Positions 15,906-25,377 are shown, counted from the stretch's first letter. The stretch: DNA of 35,108 nucleotides from Archangium sp. (GCA_031367385.1 JANLPS010000418.1:1-35108); one strand, 5' to 3'. A program made the numbers and translations. The notes: generated from the letters alone by a model not told the origin.

Positions 15906-17683
15906 AACGACTCGTACTCTGTGCGGCGCTGATGGCGGTGGCGGTGGTTGGGTGCAAGAAAGACGCAGCGAAAGAGGCTGCGAAAAACGCGCCCGCCGAA
16001 GGCTCGAAGCCCGGCGTGAACAGTGACATCGCGCCTCCTGGGCCTGGCGCCGGGTTGGGCGACAAAGCCAAGAACCCCGAGGGCTGCAACTCGGATTTTT
16101 CGCAAGAGCTCGCCGCTGACTACACGCTCACCGAGAAGTGCAGCCCGTACACGCTCGGCCACGATCTCAACGTCGACGGCTTCACCCTCACCATCGAGCC
16201 CGGCGTCGAGCTGCGCTTCAAAGAGGGCATGGCGCTCACGGTCGGGTACTCCACGCGCGCCAAGCTGAACGCCAAGGGCAGCACCGAGAAACCCATTCGC
16301 TTCATCTCGGAGACTCGCAAAGAGCCCGGCGCGTGGAAGGGCATCGGCATCTACGCCAGCGGCAGCGATTCGACCCTCGAGAACGTCGTCATCGAGCACG
16401 CCGGCTCCGAAGATCACGGGGCGCTGGTGCTCGACACCGGCGGCACCACCCTCAAGAACGTGAAGGTCGTCGCCTCGAAGGGCACCGCGCTCCGCATGCC
16501 CAGCGAGACGCCGCAGAAGGCCATCTCGGGCCTCGACTTCAGCAAAGCCGGGCCCGATCAGCCCGTCGCCGACCTCGAGGTGCGACAGGTGACCACGGCC
16601 TTCGCGGCCGACAACGTCTACGCGGCCGACGCCGTGCTCGCGGTGCATGGCAACAGCCCGACCGACGTCACCTTCACCAAGCAGGGCCTGGCCTGGCGGG
16701 TGCTCAGCGATCTCAACTTCGACGCGCCCACTGGCAAGAGCATTACCGTCGCCGTCGAGCCCGGCACCACCCTGCAGCTCGCCGAAGAATCGGGCCTGTA
16801 TTTCGGGTACTCCGGTGAAGGCTCGGTCTCATTCAAGGTCAAAGGCACCGCTGAGAGGCCAGTGCGCTTCACCCGCTTCGGCGACGACATGAAGACCACT
16901 CCGGCGAAGGGCTTGGGCTTCTACAAGGCCTCCCGTGCGCCTGAGATCAACTTTGCCGTCTTCGAATATCTGGGCCGCAAAGACGGCGCCGCGATCACCT
17001 ACAACGACGCCCGCGCGCTGGGCAGCATCACCAACTCGGTCTTTCGCAACCTCGCCGGCAGAGGCATCTTGATCGACTCGGCGCGCGAGCGCTTCACCGC
17101 CTTCTCAGACAATCTGTTTCAGAGCGCCGCCGGCGCCGCCATTCAAACGCCCCTGGAGCTGGCCGAGGGCATCGCCTCGAGCAACACGTTCGACAAGACC
17201 TGGGTCGAGCTGAACAGCGTCACCGCCCACGACGTGACCTTGGCCGCGCTGAACGCGCCCTACCACGTGATGAGCGAGCTTCGCGTCGAGGCCGAAGATG
17301 CGGTCAAGGCCGCGACATTGACTTTGCAGCCCGGCACCAGCCTCGCGTTCGGGCCGCAAGGCTCGCTCGCGCTCGGCTTCGAACACCCCGGCAAGCTGGT
17401 CGCCAAGGGCACGCCCGACAAGAAGATCTCCTTCAGCGCGATCTCCGACGACTGGGGTGGGCTCACCGCGGGTGATGTCGGCACGCTGGTGATTGAAAAC
17501 GCCGTGATCTCGAAGGTTCGCGATGACGTGCCCGGCATCAACACCTCAGAGAAAACCTCGGGCAGCGTCAAGAACGTGAGCTTCGAGAGCACCAAGCGGG
17601 GTCTGAAGAAGTGCAGCACCAAGCTCGAGACCGCCGGGCTCAAGGCCGACAAAACGGGCAAGGCCGAAGAACCCTGCACCTGA
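15902..17683 (+). CDS. Lipoprotein with repeated beta-helix-type modules
   Basis: MKRLVLCAALMAVAVVGC lipobox. Three copies of a 'L-x-I/V-E/Q-PG...G-Y/F...KG-T/S-x-E/D-K/R-x-I/V-x-F' module. GTGA overlap with the BMC-T stop and GGAGG RBS. Confidence 0.8.
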   Translation: MKRLVLCAALMAVAVVGCKKDAAKEAAKNAPAEGSKPGVNSDIAPPGPGAGLGDKAKNPEGCNSDFSQELAADYTLTEKCSPYTLGHDLNVDGFTLTIEPGVELRFKEGMALTVGYSTRAKLNAKGSTEKPIRFISETRKEPGAWKGIGIYASGSDSTLENVVIEHAGSEDHGALVLDTGGTTLKNVKVVASKGTALRMPSETPQKAISGLDFSKAGPDQPVADLEVRQVTTAFAADNVYAADAVLAVHGNSPTDVTFTKQGLAWRVLSDLNFDAPTGKSITVAVEPGTTLQLAEESGLYFGYSGEGSVSFKVKGTAERPVRFTRFGDDMKTTPAKGLGFYKASRAPEINFAVFEYLGRKDGAAITYNDARALGSITNSVFRNLAGRGILIDSARERFTAFSDNLFQSAAGAAIQTPLELAEGIASSNTFDKTWVELNSVTAHDVTLAALNAPYHVMSELRVEAEDAVKAATLTLQPGTSLAFGPQGSLALGFEHPGKLVAKGTPDKKISFSAISDDWGGLTAGDVGTLVIENAVISKVRDDVPGINTSEKTSGSVKNVSFESTKRGLKKCSTKLETAGLKADKTGKAEEPCT

Positions 17684-17689
17684 AAACCC

Positions 17690-20600
17690 ATGGCCACGTT
17701 CGGTCGCTTCACGCTCGAAGAAAAGCTCGCGACGGGAGGCATGGCCGAGGTTTGGCTGGCCCACGTCGAGGGCGACCCGACGCCGGTGGTGCTCAAACGC
17801 GTGCTGCCGCACCTGGCCGAAAATCAGAGCTTCAACGCGATGCTGCTCAACGAGGCCCGCGTGGTGATGGGCCTCGAGCACCCGAACATCGTGCGGGTCT
17901 ACGAGGTCGGCGCGGTCGAGGGCGTTACCTTCATCTCGATGGAGTACGTCTCGGGCAGCGACCTGGCCTTGCTGATGCGGCGCGCCCAGAGAACCAACGC
18001 CAAGGTGCCGCTGCCGATTGCCCTGCGCATCATTCGCTCGCTCTGCGATGCGCTGCAGGCCGTGCACACCGCGGTCGATGACATCGCCGAGCCGCTGAAC
18101 CTGGTTCACCGCGATGTGTCGCCGCAGAACGTGATGATCAGCGTCGCCGGAGCCACCAAGCTGCTCGACTTCGGCATCGTCAAGGCGTTCAACGAGCTGG
18201 CGCTGACCGAGCCCGGCACGATCAAGGGCAAGTTCGCCTACATGTCTCCCGAGCAGGCCGCCGGTCACCCGCTCGACGGCCGCAGCGACGTGTTCTCTGC
18301 CGGGTTGGTGGCCTATGAGCTGCTCTCTGGGGTTCGCGCGCACTCCCGCGACACCGAGCCGGGCACCTACCATGCCGCGCTCGAGGGAGCCGTCGCTCCG
18401 CTCTCGAAGGTCTGGGCCGCGGCGCCCGCTGAGCTCGAGGCGATCATCGCCAAGGCGCTCTCGGTGGCGCCTGAAGACCGCTTTCAAACCGCGGCAGAGC
18501 TCGGCAGCGCGCTCGAGCTGTGCGCCGAGGCCGCCGATGAAGACGAGGTCGCCCGCTGGAGCACCTCGCTCATCGCCGCCCGCATACCCGGCGCGACGCC
18601 GTTGCCGAAGTTCAGCTTCGAACCGAATGAGCCGCTGTTGACGGTCGATGCCCGCCCCCCGGCCGTCGAGCAACGCATCGGCCGCGTCGAGCTCGTCAAG
18701 AGCGCGCCTTCGATCGACCTGCCCGCCGAGCCGAACACGGTCACTGAAGCGCCGTTGATGTTGCCCGACGACGACGAGCCCAGCTCGTTGATGCCCTTCG
18801 CGGCCAGCAGCCCCCAGGCGATCGAGGCCGAGCCCCTCGTCGAAGACCGCCCAGCGGCATCGGCTCCGATGCGGGCGCCTGCGCCGAGGTCTCCGTACTT
18901 GTGGGCGGGGGTGGTCGCCGTGGCCGTCGGGCTGTTCGGCGCGATCGCGGCACTCAATGACCCGCTCGACGGCGTAGGGCAGTGGCTCGCGCCAGTGGGG
19001 TGCACGCTGTTGGTGTTGGCCGGAGCGCTGAACGTGACCCGGCTGTTCGAGCGCCGCGAGACGCTGGTCGCCCTGGCTTCGGGCGGCGTGGTGTTGGGGC
19101 TGGTACGGCTCGACCCGCTGATGTGCCTGGTCGCGGGCGGCTTCGCGGCGGCGATGTGGTTCGGCACTGAAGACGATGATGATCACCCGCTGCGGGGCAT
19201 GCTCGGGTTGTTGGCCGCGGGCCCGGCGGTGTTCTTGACCGCCGTGGGCACCCTTGGGGCGTGGGCCGATCGCGCCCCGATGGCTGAGGGCATCGCGTGG
19301 CTTCGCAGGCAGGCCACCACACCGGTCACCGAGAAGGTCGAGCTCGAGAAGGTGATGTCATTCGACCCGACCGGCTGGCGGGTTCGCCCCTCAGCTGATG
19401 GGCCGGGGGCCACCGAGTTCGCGTTGCCTCCGCTGCGCGCGACGTTGATCGCCCGAGTGCTGCGCGTCGAGGGCACCGCACCGACCTATGAGTCTCAGCT
19501 GGCCCAGGCCACCGCCGATTTTGCAAAGCGCGGGTGGGTCGATTTCGTGGTCGCTGAAAACAACGAGCTCACTGACGAGGCCGATGAGAGCCACCTGGTG
19601 AGCTTTCGCACCCGGCGCGGGTTGACCTGGAGCTCGGGCCTGCTGCGCATGGCGCGGGTCGATGACCAGCTGTGCGTGCTGATAGGCGTGGTGGCCGAGC
19701 GCAGAACGGTGCTCGCGCGAGACGAGCTGCTGCGGGTCACCCGGTCGATGCGCTGCAGCCCGGGTGGCGCGACCGCGGAGCTCACGCCCGAGACGCTCGC
19801 CGCCGCGCGGGCCGGCCTGGTCACGCTGCGCGCTGGAGCGCGTGTCGAGCTCGGTGTGGTGATTCAGCAGCGAGACAAGCAGGTGGTGATTCTCGCCGAT
19901 GACTCGATTCTGGGAGGTTCGACGCCGACCGCGTTGACGTTCAGGCCGTTGCTCAAGCCCTCTGATGAGCTTCGCCGCGCGACGGTGCTGCGCCGAAAGC
20001 CAGGCGTGCTGTTGCTGCTGGCCGACGCCGACGAAGCGATGACTCCGCTGTCGCTGGTGGCGCCGCCGGGCGTCGAAGCGGAGGTCGTCACGGTGGGTCT
20101 GGCCGACGATGGCGTCACCTCACGCGTGCATGTTCGCCCTGGCGCTTTGGCGCGCAAGACGGCGACGTTCGAGGCTCACATGCGCAACACCTCAGGGCCG
20201 GTGCTGACGCCAGGCGGCGCGTTGGTCGGCGTGCTGCGCGCTGGCGAAGGTGGCGACCGGGTCATCACCATGGCAAGCGACGTCGAGGCGCTGCTCAGCC
20301 CCGGCATTCGCACCCTCGCGTGGAAGCTCGATGTCGACGACGCGCACCAGTGCACCCTCTCGATTCGGGTCGATCTCGATGACCCGTTTCATGAGCTCGA
20401 GCAGTTCGCCGTGCTGTTCGGGCCTCCACACCAGGAGGAGGTGCTGCGCGAAGAGAAGGTCACCGGTCGAACCAGCTCGACGCTGGTGGCGACGGTGCCC
20501 TGCCCGCTCGAGAAGAGCTTGTCGGTGGGGCTGCGCGCCACGGGTGATGGGCAGGTCTCGAAGGTGGTCGACGCGGTGCAGTTGCCGCTGATTTTCCCCG

Positions 20601-21361
20601 CGTCGCGGCGGGGGCAGCGCACCGATGTGAGCCGGCCGGCCGTGCCTGACTTGACGATGCTGACCTGGCTGTTCGAACCGCCGGCAGCGCGGGCCCCGGT
20701 GTGCCCCATCGAAGAGTGCGATCGCGTCTGTGGCACCGGCAACGGCGCCGCGTGCCTGGCGCTGGGGCAGAACCTGCACAACGCCGGGCGGGCGGTCTTA
20801 GCGATCAACGACTACGAGCGCGGGTGCGTCGCGAAGAACTTCGAGTCGTGTATTCAGCTGACGTACCTGGCGAACGCGAAGACCGTCGACACGTACACGG
20901 CGGTGCTCAAGCCGTGGTGCACGTTGGGCGTCGAACGGGCGTGCTGGGCGCTGAAGGTGCCGCAGTGGCGCGAACAGGTGAAGAAAGAGAGCGCTGAGTG
21001 CGGCAAGAGCCGTGAAGCGTGCGATCGCGAAGCCGATTTGTTGCTCGTCGGAGCGCGGCGGCCGGCCGACGTGCAGCGCGCGAGAACGGCGCTCGATCGG
21101 CGCTGCCGAGAGGGGGCTCCGGCGGTGTGTCTGCGCGCTGGCCTCGAGTGGCGCTACGAGGGCAAGATGGTCGAAGCGGCTGATGATTTCGAGCGAGCGT
21201 GCAAGGGCGGCGTGGCCGAGGCGTGCGTCGAGCAGGCCGGGTTGATGGCGGTGGGCGTGGGGGCTCCGAGAAATGTCGAGGCGGCGGCACGGGCGCTTCG
21301 CACCGCGTGCGATCGAGGCAGCGCTGAGGCGTGCTCGGCGATCGCGCGCCCCAAGCCATGA
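17690..21361 (+). CDS. Membrane Hanks-type Ser/Thr kinase with about 5 TM segments, degenerate trypsin-like domain and Cys-rich Sel1-like repeats
   Basis: ATGGMAEV, VVLKR, HRDVSPQN, DFG, YMSPEQ, DVFSAG. Hydrophobic stretches follow, and the C-terminus has YERGC/FERAC...AEAC repeats. Confidence 0.9.
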   Translation: MATFGRFTLEEKLATGGMAEVWLAHVEGDPTPVVLKRVLPHLAENQSFNAMLLNEARVVMGLEHPNIVRVYEVGAVEGVTFISMEYVSGSDLALLMRRAQRTNAKVPLPIALRIIRSLCDALQAVHTAVDDIAEPLNLVHRDVSPQNVMISVAGATKLLDFGIVKAFNELALTEPGTIKGKFAYMSPEQAAGHPLDGRSDVFSAGLVAYELLSGVRAHSRDTEPGTYHAALEGAVAPLSKVWAAAPAELEAIIAKALSVAPEDRFQTAAELGSALELCAEAADEDEVARWSTSLIAARIPGATPLPKFSFEPNEPLLTVDARPPAVEQRIGRVELVKSAPSIDLPAEPNTVTEAPLMLPDDDEPSSLMPFAASSPQAIEAEPLVEDRPAASAPMRAPAPRSPYLWAGVVAVAVGLFGAIAALNDPLDGVGQWLAPVGCTLLVLAGALNVTRLFERRETLVALASGGVVLGLVRLDPLMCLVAGGFAAAMWFGTEDDDDHPLRGMLGLLAAGPAVFLTAVGTLGAWADRAPMAEGIAWLRRQATTPVTEKVELEKVMSFDPTGWRVRPSADGPGATEFALPPLRATLIARVLRVEGTAPTYESQLAQATADFAKRGWVDFVVAENNELTDEADESHLVSFRTRRGLTWSSGLLRMARVDDQLCVLIGVVAERRTVLARDELLRVTRSMRCSPGGATAELTPETLAAARAGLVTLRAGARVELGVVIQQRDKQVVILADDSILGGSTPTALTFRPLLKPSDELRRATVLRRKPGVLLLLADADEAMTPLSLVAPPGVEAEVVTVGLADDGVTSRVHVRPGALARKTATFEAHMRNTSGPVLTPGGALVGVLRAGEGGDRVITMASDVEALLSPGIRTLAWKLDVDDAHQCTLSIRVDLDDPFHELEQFAVLFGPPHQEEVLREEKVTGRTSSTLVATVPCPLEKSLSVGLRATGDGQVSKVVDAVQLPLIFPASRRGQRTDVSRPAVPDLTMLTWLFEPPAARAPVCPIEECDRVCGTGNGAACLALGQNLHNAGRAVLAINDYERGCVAKNFESCIQLTYLANAKTVDTYTAVLKPWCTLGVERACWALKVPQWREQVKKESAECGKSREACDREADLLLVGARRPADVQRARTALDRRCREGAPAVCLRAGLEWRYEGKMVEAADDFERACKGGVAEACVEQAGLMAVGVGAPRNVEAAARALRTACDRGSAEACSAIARPKP

Positions 21362-21370
21362 CGTCGCCGC

Positions 21371-21452
21371 GAATAAAGGGGACAGGCTGGTTTAAGTCGC
21401 ACGGCTGGCCCGTTTCACTTGGGCGACTTAAACCAGCCTGTCCCCTTTATTC
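21371..21452. repeat. Perfect 30-bp inverted repeat with 22-nt loop (REP-like palindrome, copy 2)
   Basis: GAATAAAGGGGACAGGCTGGTTTAAGTCGC (21371-21400) and its exact reverse complement (21423-21452). Confidence 0.9.
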
Positions 21453-21461
21453 CGGCAAGCC

Positions 21462-22331
21462 ATGACGACGCTGCGCGCGACGCTCGAGGGCAAGCGGGTC
21501 GGCGTCGTACTGTCGGCCGGGTACTTCGGGTTCTTCGGGCATGCCGGTTTCGTCGAAGCACTGCACACGGTCGGTCTTCGGGCCTCCGCATGGGGCGGCA
21601 CCTCGGCCGGAGGGTTGATCGGCGCGCTGGCAGCGGCGGGCGTCTCGTCAGCCTCGATTCGCGAGCTGCTGCTGTCGATACGCCGCGAGCACTTCTGGGA
21701 CCCCGACTACTTCGGCCTGGCGGTCTCGTCAGTGCGCAAGGGCTCGCGAGCGAGTGGGTTGCTGAAAGGCGAGCGGTTTCGGCAGCTGCTTCAGAAGCAC
21801 TTGCCAGTGCGCGAGTTCAGCGGTCTGCAGACGCCACTGCTGCTGGTCGCGACGAACCTGACGACTCAGCGGGCGGTGCTGTTGACCGAAGGCGACCTCG
21901 TGACAGCAGTTCACGCGACCTGTGCGTACCCAGGGCTATTTCAAGCGGTGCGGCACGACACCGGCCTGCTGTGGGATGGCGGCATCGTCGACAAGGCGCC
22001 TGCCCTCGCACTCGCCGAATCGCTCAAAGACCGGTTCGACGCGCTGGTGGTGCACTACCTGCCGAGCCACGGAGCGCCCGTCGAACCAGCAGGCCCATTC
22101 GCCTATGCATCAGGCCTCGCGGCCGGGTTCGCAGCCGTGCGCAGAGATCATTTTCGCCTTCAACTCGAAGTGCTCAGAGCGCGAGGCCTCCCAACGTATG
22201 TGGTGACGTCGGAGCTGCCAAAGGTGACTCCAAAGACGATGCACCTGGGTGAGCAGGCCATCGATGCGGGCCGCGAATCAGCGCTCGAGGCCTTCGCGCG
22301 CGAGCCCCAGGGGTGGTTGGGCGCAGACTAA
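21462..22331 (+). CDS. Patatin-like phospholipase
   Basis: Oxyanion-loop variant LSAGYFGFFGHAG, nucleophile elbow GTSAG, ATCAYPGLF, catalytic DGG. Confidence 0.9.
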   Translation: MTTLRATLEGKRVGVVLSAGYFGFFGHAGFVEALHTVGLRASAWGGTSAGGLIGALAAAGVSSASIRELLLSIRREHFWDPDYFGLAVSSVRKGSRASGLLKGERFRQLLQKHLPVREFSGLQTPLLLVATNLTTQRAVLLTEGDLVTAVHATCAYPGLFQAVRHDTGLLWDGGIVDKAPALALAESLKDRFDALVVHYLPSHGAPVEPAGPFAYASGLAAGFAAVRRDHFRLQLEVLRARGLPTYVVTSELPKVTPKTMHLGEQAIDAGRESALEAFAREPQGWLGAD

Positions 22332-22385
22332 AGCCGCGGGGCCCCTCGCTCCTCGTGAGAATCTGTCGGGTCGTACTGCCAGTGA

Positions 22386-24518
22386 CTACTTCGGGCAGCT
22401 GCAGATGTTCTTCGCCGAGCCGTGTGGCTGCGGCGCGATCTTCGAGAAGTCGCTCGCGTTGGTATCTGTGTCGACGCAGGCCATCTCCGCGCCCGCCTCG
22501 AGGAGCCGCCCTGCGGCCAGGGCCGAGGAGAGCGGTGAGGCCGCCGAGCCTCCCTCTGAGCAGCTCGCAGTGCCATAGCCCACGAAGTCAGCCACCGACG
22601 GGCCAATGGGGCAGTCGCCCTCCAATGCGACGGAGTCCATGGTCAGAGCGACCTTCCCGTTGGTGGCGCTCATGTCGACCTGCTTCGAGAGCTTGACCGC
22701 GGTCACCGGCAGCGAAGCCCCCTTCACCCCAGTCGGGCCAATCGCGAGCAAGACATAGGTGCCCGCCTTGAGGCGAGTTGGCGAAGGGATGGTAGCCAGC
22801 TGGCTTTTCCAGCTCGTGCCGGCCGCGCTGGAGTACTGAATCGCCCAGCCGCCAAGCTCTACCGCGTGGCTCGACCGGTTGTGCAGCTCGATGTAATCGG
22901 CGTTGAACCGCGCCCCGATGTTGCCGCCGCCACCGTACACCTGGCTGATCACCACCGAGTTGGTCGTGCAGCCGCCGGGTACACCGGCGTCGAGTCTTGG
23001 CGTCCCAGCGTCGGCCCGTGCCACGCCTCCGTCACTCCCCTGGTGCACGCCAGCATCTGCGCCGTCGCGCTCGCACCCCGGGCGTACCACCGCGGGCAGG
23101 CTGCGAAGAAAGGCGACGATGGAGGTGACCTCATGGTCGCTCATGGTGCTGAACCTCGGCATGTCGGTGGAAAGCATGGTGCCCTGGTCGTCAACGCCGG
23201 TTCGAACCGCGGTGATGATCTGCTGATCAGACCATTTGCCAAGGCCGGTGCTCGTCAGGTTTGCGGGCTCACCCTGTTGACAGGTAGGGCTGCCGGAAAG
23301 GGTCTCTTCATGGCAGCCTTGGCACTCCCGGTTGGTGACGTAGCCCTTGCCTTCGGTGACCGGTGAGACACCGGCGTCGCTTGGGCCCGCATCGAGGGCC
23401 CCAGCGTCGCGCACCTCGGCAAGACCCCCATCAGCACCTGCGCCATCGACTGCGCACCCGGGGCGCACCACCGCCGGCACGCTTCGCAGGTAGGTCACGA
23501 TTGCCTTCGCCTCATCGTCGCCCATCGTGGCGAACCTCGGCATGTCGCTGCCGAGCATTTTGCCCTCGTCGTCCACGCCCGTGCGAATGGCGGTGATGAT
23601 CTGTTTCTCAGACCAACCGCCAAGGCCGGTGCTGGTCAAATTCGCGGGCTCTCCCGCTTTGCAGCTGGGGCGACCTCCCAGGTTTGCTTTGTGGCACGCA
23701 GCGCAGTGTCGGTTGGTGACGTAGGCCTTGCCCTCGACCAACGGGTCAGGCTGCTCGCTGCCGCAGACGCTCGCGGGCACCTTGTGTCTCACCGGCGGTA
23801 CCGTGGCGAGATAGGCCGCGACTCCGGCGGCTTCGTCATCGGTGAAGTTCGCAAAGCGGGGCATCTGCGAGCACAGCGCGCCGTCTTCATCGTCAACGCC
23901 CGTGGTGACAGCCGCGACGATTTGAGAGGCCGACCATGCGCCGATGCCGGTCTCGACGTCGCTGGTGATATTCGAAGCGAACACCATGCTCGCCCCATCG
24001 CCATCAGAGCCCGACAGCTTGTCGCCGTGGCAGGCAGCGCAGTGCTGCGCTTCGACGACCACTTTGCCGTGATGGGCGACATCAGTCAGCGTCGGAGTGC
24101 ACGTCGGCGCCGTGACCGCGTTGCTCACTGGCTTCAAGGTTCGAAGATAGGCGACGATGTTGGCCGCCTCGTCGTCGGTCAGGTCGAGTGCACGGGGCAT
24201 CGTCGAGCAGAGAGTGTTTTGCTCGTCATCGATGCCATCGCGAATGGCGCTTACGATGGCCTCGTCTTTCCACCCGCCGAGGCCGGTTTTTTCATCAGGG
24301 GTGAGGTTTGCCGCAGAGCCCTGGCCTCGAACGGCTCCCGCCAGCGTGCCTGCGCTCGAGGTATGGCAGGCGTTGCAGCCGCGTTTGAGCACTGCTTCTT
24401 GGCCCGCAAGAACGTTGCCTTTCGTCACGGCAGTGGCGGTGCCGTCCATCACGTCGGTGCATGCGGCGAGTGCGACGCTCAAGATGATGAGAGAAGGGTG
24501 AACGAAAGTACGCGACAT
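22386..24518 (-). CDS. Tetraheme cytochrome c lipoprotein with C-terminal lamin-tail domain (LTD)
   Basis: Lipobox LAAC. CNACH, CAACH, CAACH and CQGCH, each followed by NLT/NIT...G(L/I)GxW...MPR. C-terminal VVISQVYGGGGN...DYIELHN...GWAIQY...DFVGYG. Confidence 0.88.
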   Translation of the reverse strand: MSRTFVHPSLIILSVALAACTDVMDGTATAVTKGNVLAGQEAVLKRGCNACHTSSAGTLAGAVRGQGSAANLTPDEKTGLGGWKDEAIVSAIRDGIDDEQNTLCSTMPRALDLTDDEAANIVAYLRTLKPVSNAVTAPTCTPTLTDVAHHGKVVVEAQHCAACHGDKLSGSDGDGASMVFASNITSDVETGIGAWSASQIVAAVTTGVDDEDGALCSQMPRFANFTDDEAAGVAAYLATVPPVRHKVPASVCGSEQPDPLVEGKAYVTNRHCAACHKANLGGRPSCKAGEPANLTSTGLGGWSEKQIITAIRTGVDDEGKMLGSDMPRFATMGDDEAKAIVTYLRSVPAVVRPGCAVDGAGADGGLAEVRDAGALDAGPSDAGVSPVTEGKGYVTNRECQGCHEETLSGSPTCQQGEPANLTSTGLGKWSDQQIITAVRTGVDDQGTMLSTDMPRFSTMSDHEVTSIVAFLRSLPAVVRPGCERDGADAGVHQGSDGGVARADAGTPRLDAGVPGGCTTNSVVISQVYGGGGNIGARFNADYIELHNRSSHAVELGGWAIQYSSAAGTSWKSQLATIPSPTRLKAGTYVLLAIGPTGVKGASLPVTAVKLSKQVDMSATNGKVALTMDSVALEGDCPIGPSVADFVGYGTASCSEGGSAASPLSSALAAGRLLEAGAEMACVDTDTNASDFSKIAPQPHGSAKNICSCPK

Positions 24519-24712
24519 GGTGGTCCTTGGTCGGAGAACGACGGGACCAGGCGCCTAGCCGGGTTGCGATGAGGCGACACATCCCCCTGGGCGACACGGG
24601 CGTTGCCAGAGTGGAAACGGAGCCCTTTCTGCTGCTCCTTTCCACCTTGGCAAGGCCGCGTTGCCCACTTTGGGTCTTTCGTCGGGGTGGCACCAAATGA
24701 AATACGGCGCCC

Positions 24713-25345
24713 ATGGACCAATCACGTCGAAGTTTCTTTCAGACCACGGCCGCCCTCGGGGCTGCCGCCCTCTCGACCCAGTTCTTCACCGCATGCGGCG
24801 TCGGTCTCGAAGACCAGATGACCGATGACGGCTCTCTTGAGGAGGAACTCGCCTCCTCGTGCTCGACGCCCACCATCAGCGCCAATCACGGCCACTCGTT
24901 GAATGTGCCGCTGTCTGACGTGAACGGTTCGGTGTCGAAGACGTACTCGATCGCCGGCAGCGCGTCGCACGACCACAAGGTGACCATCACTGCCGCCCAA
25001 TTTGCCCAACTCGCCGCGGGGGCTTCGCTCCAGGTCTCCTCGACCACTGATGCCTTCCATGCGCACGATGTGACGGTGACCTGTCTCGCCGCCGCGCAGA
25101 CTTGCCCCAATGGCGCCTCCGCCGTCGTGATCACCGCGAACCACGGCCACTCGTTGACCGTCCCCAAAGCAGACGCGGCCGCCGGCAAAGCGAAGAAGTA
25201 TTCAATTCAGGGCGCTGCAAACCACCCGCACATCGTTTCGCTGACGACGGCCCATTTTTCGACGTTGAAGAAGGGTGGCACCGTGACCGTCGCGTCGACG
25301 ACGAACAGCGGGCACAGTCACTCCGTCTCGGTGAAGTGCGCTTAG
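24713..25345 (+). CDS. Tat-exported His-rich lipoprotein with two tandem HxH-bearing domains (putative metal binder)
   Basis: SRRSFF Tat motif, FTAC lipobox. Two ~70-aa repeats, each with three HxH motifs. Confidence 0.8.
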   Translation: MDQSRRSFFQTTAALGAAALSTQFFTACGVGLEDQMTDDGSLEEELASSCSTPTISANHGHSLNVPLSDVNGSVSKTYSIAGSASHDHKVTITAAQFAQLAAGASLQVSSTTDAFHAHDVTVTCLAAAQTCPNGASAVVITANHGHSLTVPKADAAAGKAKKYSIQGAANHPHIVSLTTAHFSTLKKGGTVTVASTTNSGHSHSVSVKCA

Positions 25346-25377
25346 ACCACAACGGCGCTTTCAGGCGAACATGTGGT

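Noticed and set aside
17546..19186. Long antisense ORFs (e.g. 17546-19186, 6979-8373, 30753-31592, 11310-12182)
   Set aside because: Typical high-GC shadow frames opposite well-supported genes, with no recognisable motifs.
24540..24670. c-di-GMP riboswitch or sigma54 promoter
   Set aside because: AGCCGGGTTGC resembles a riboswitch 3' end but the 5' GGCAAA/GAAA elements are absent; GG-GC spacing in TGGCA...TTGC is 12 rather than 10.
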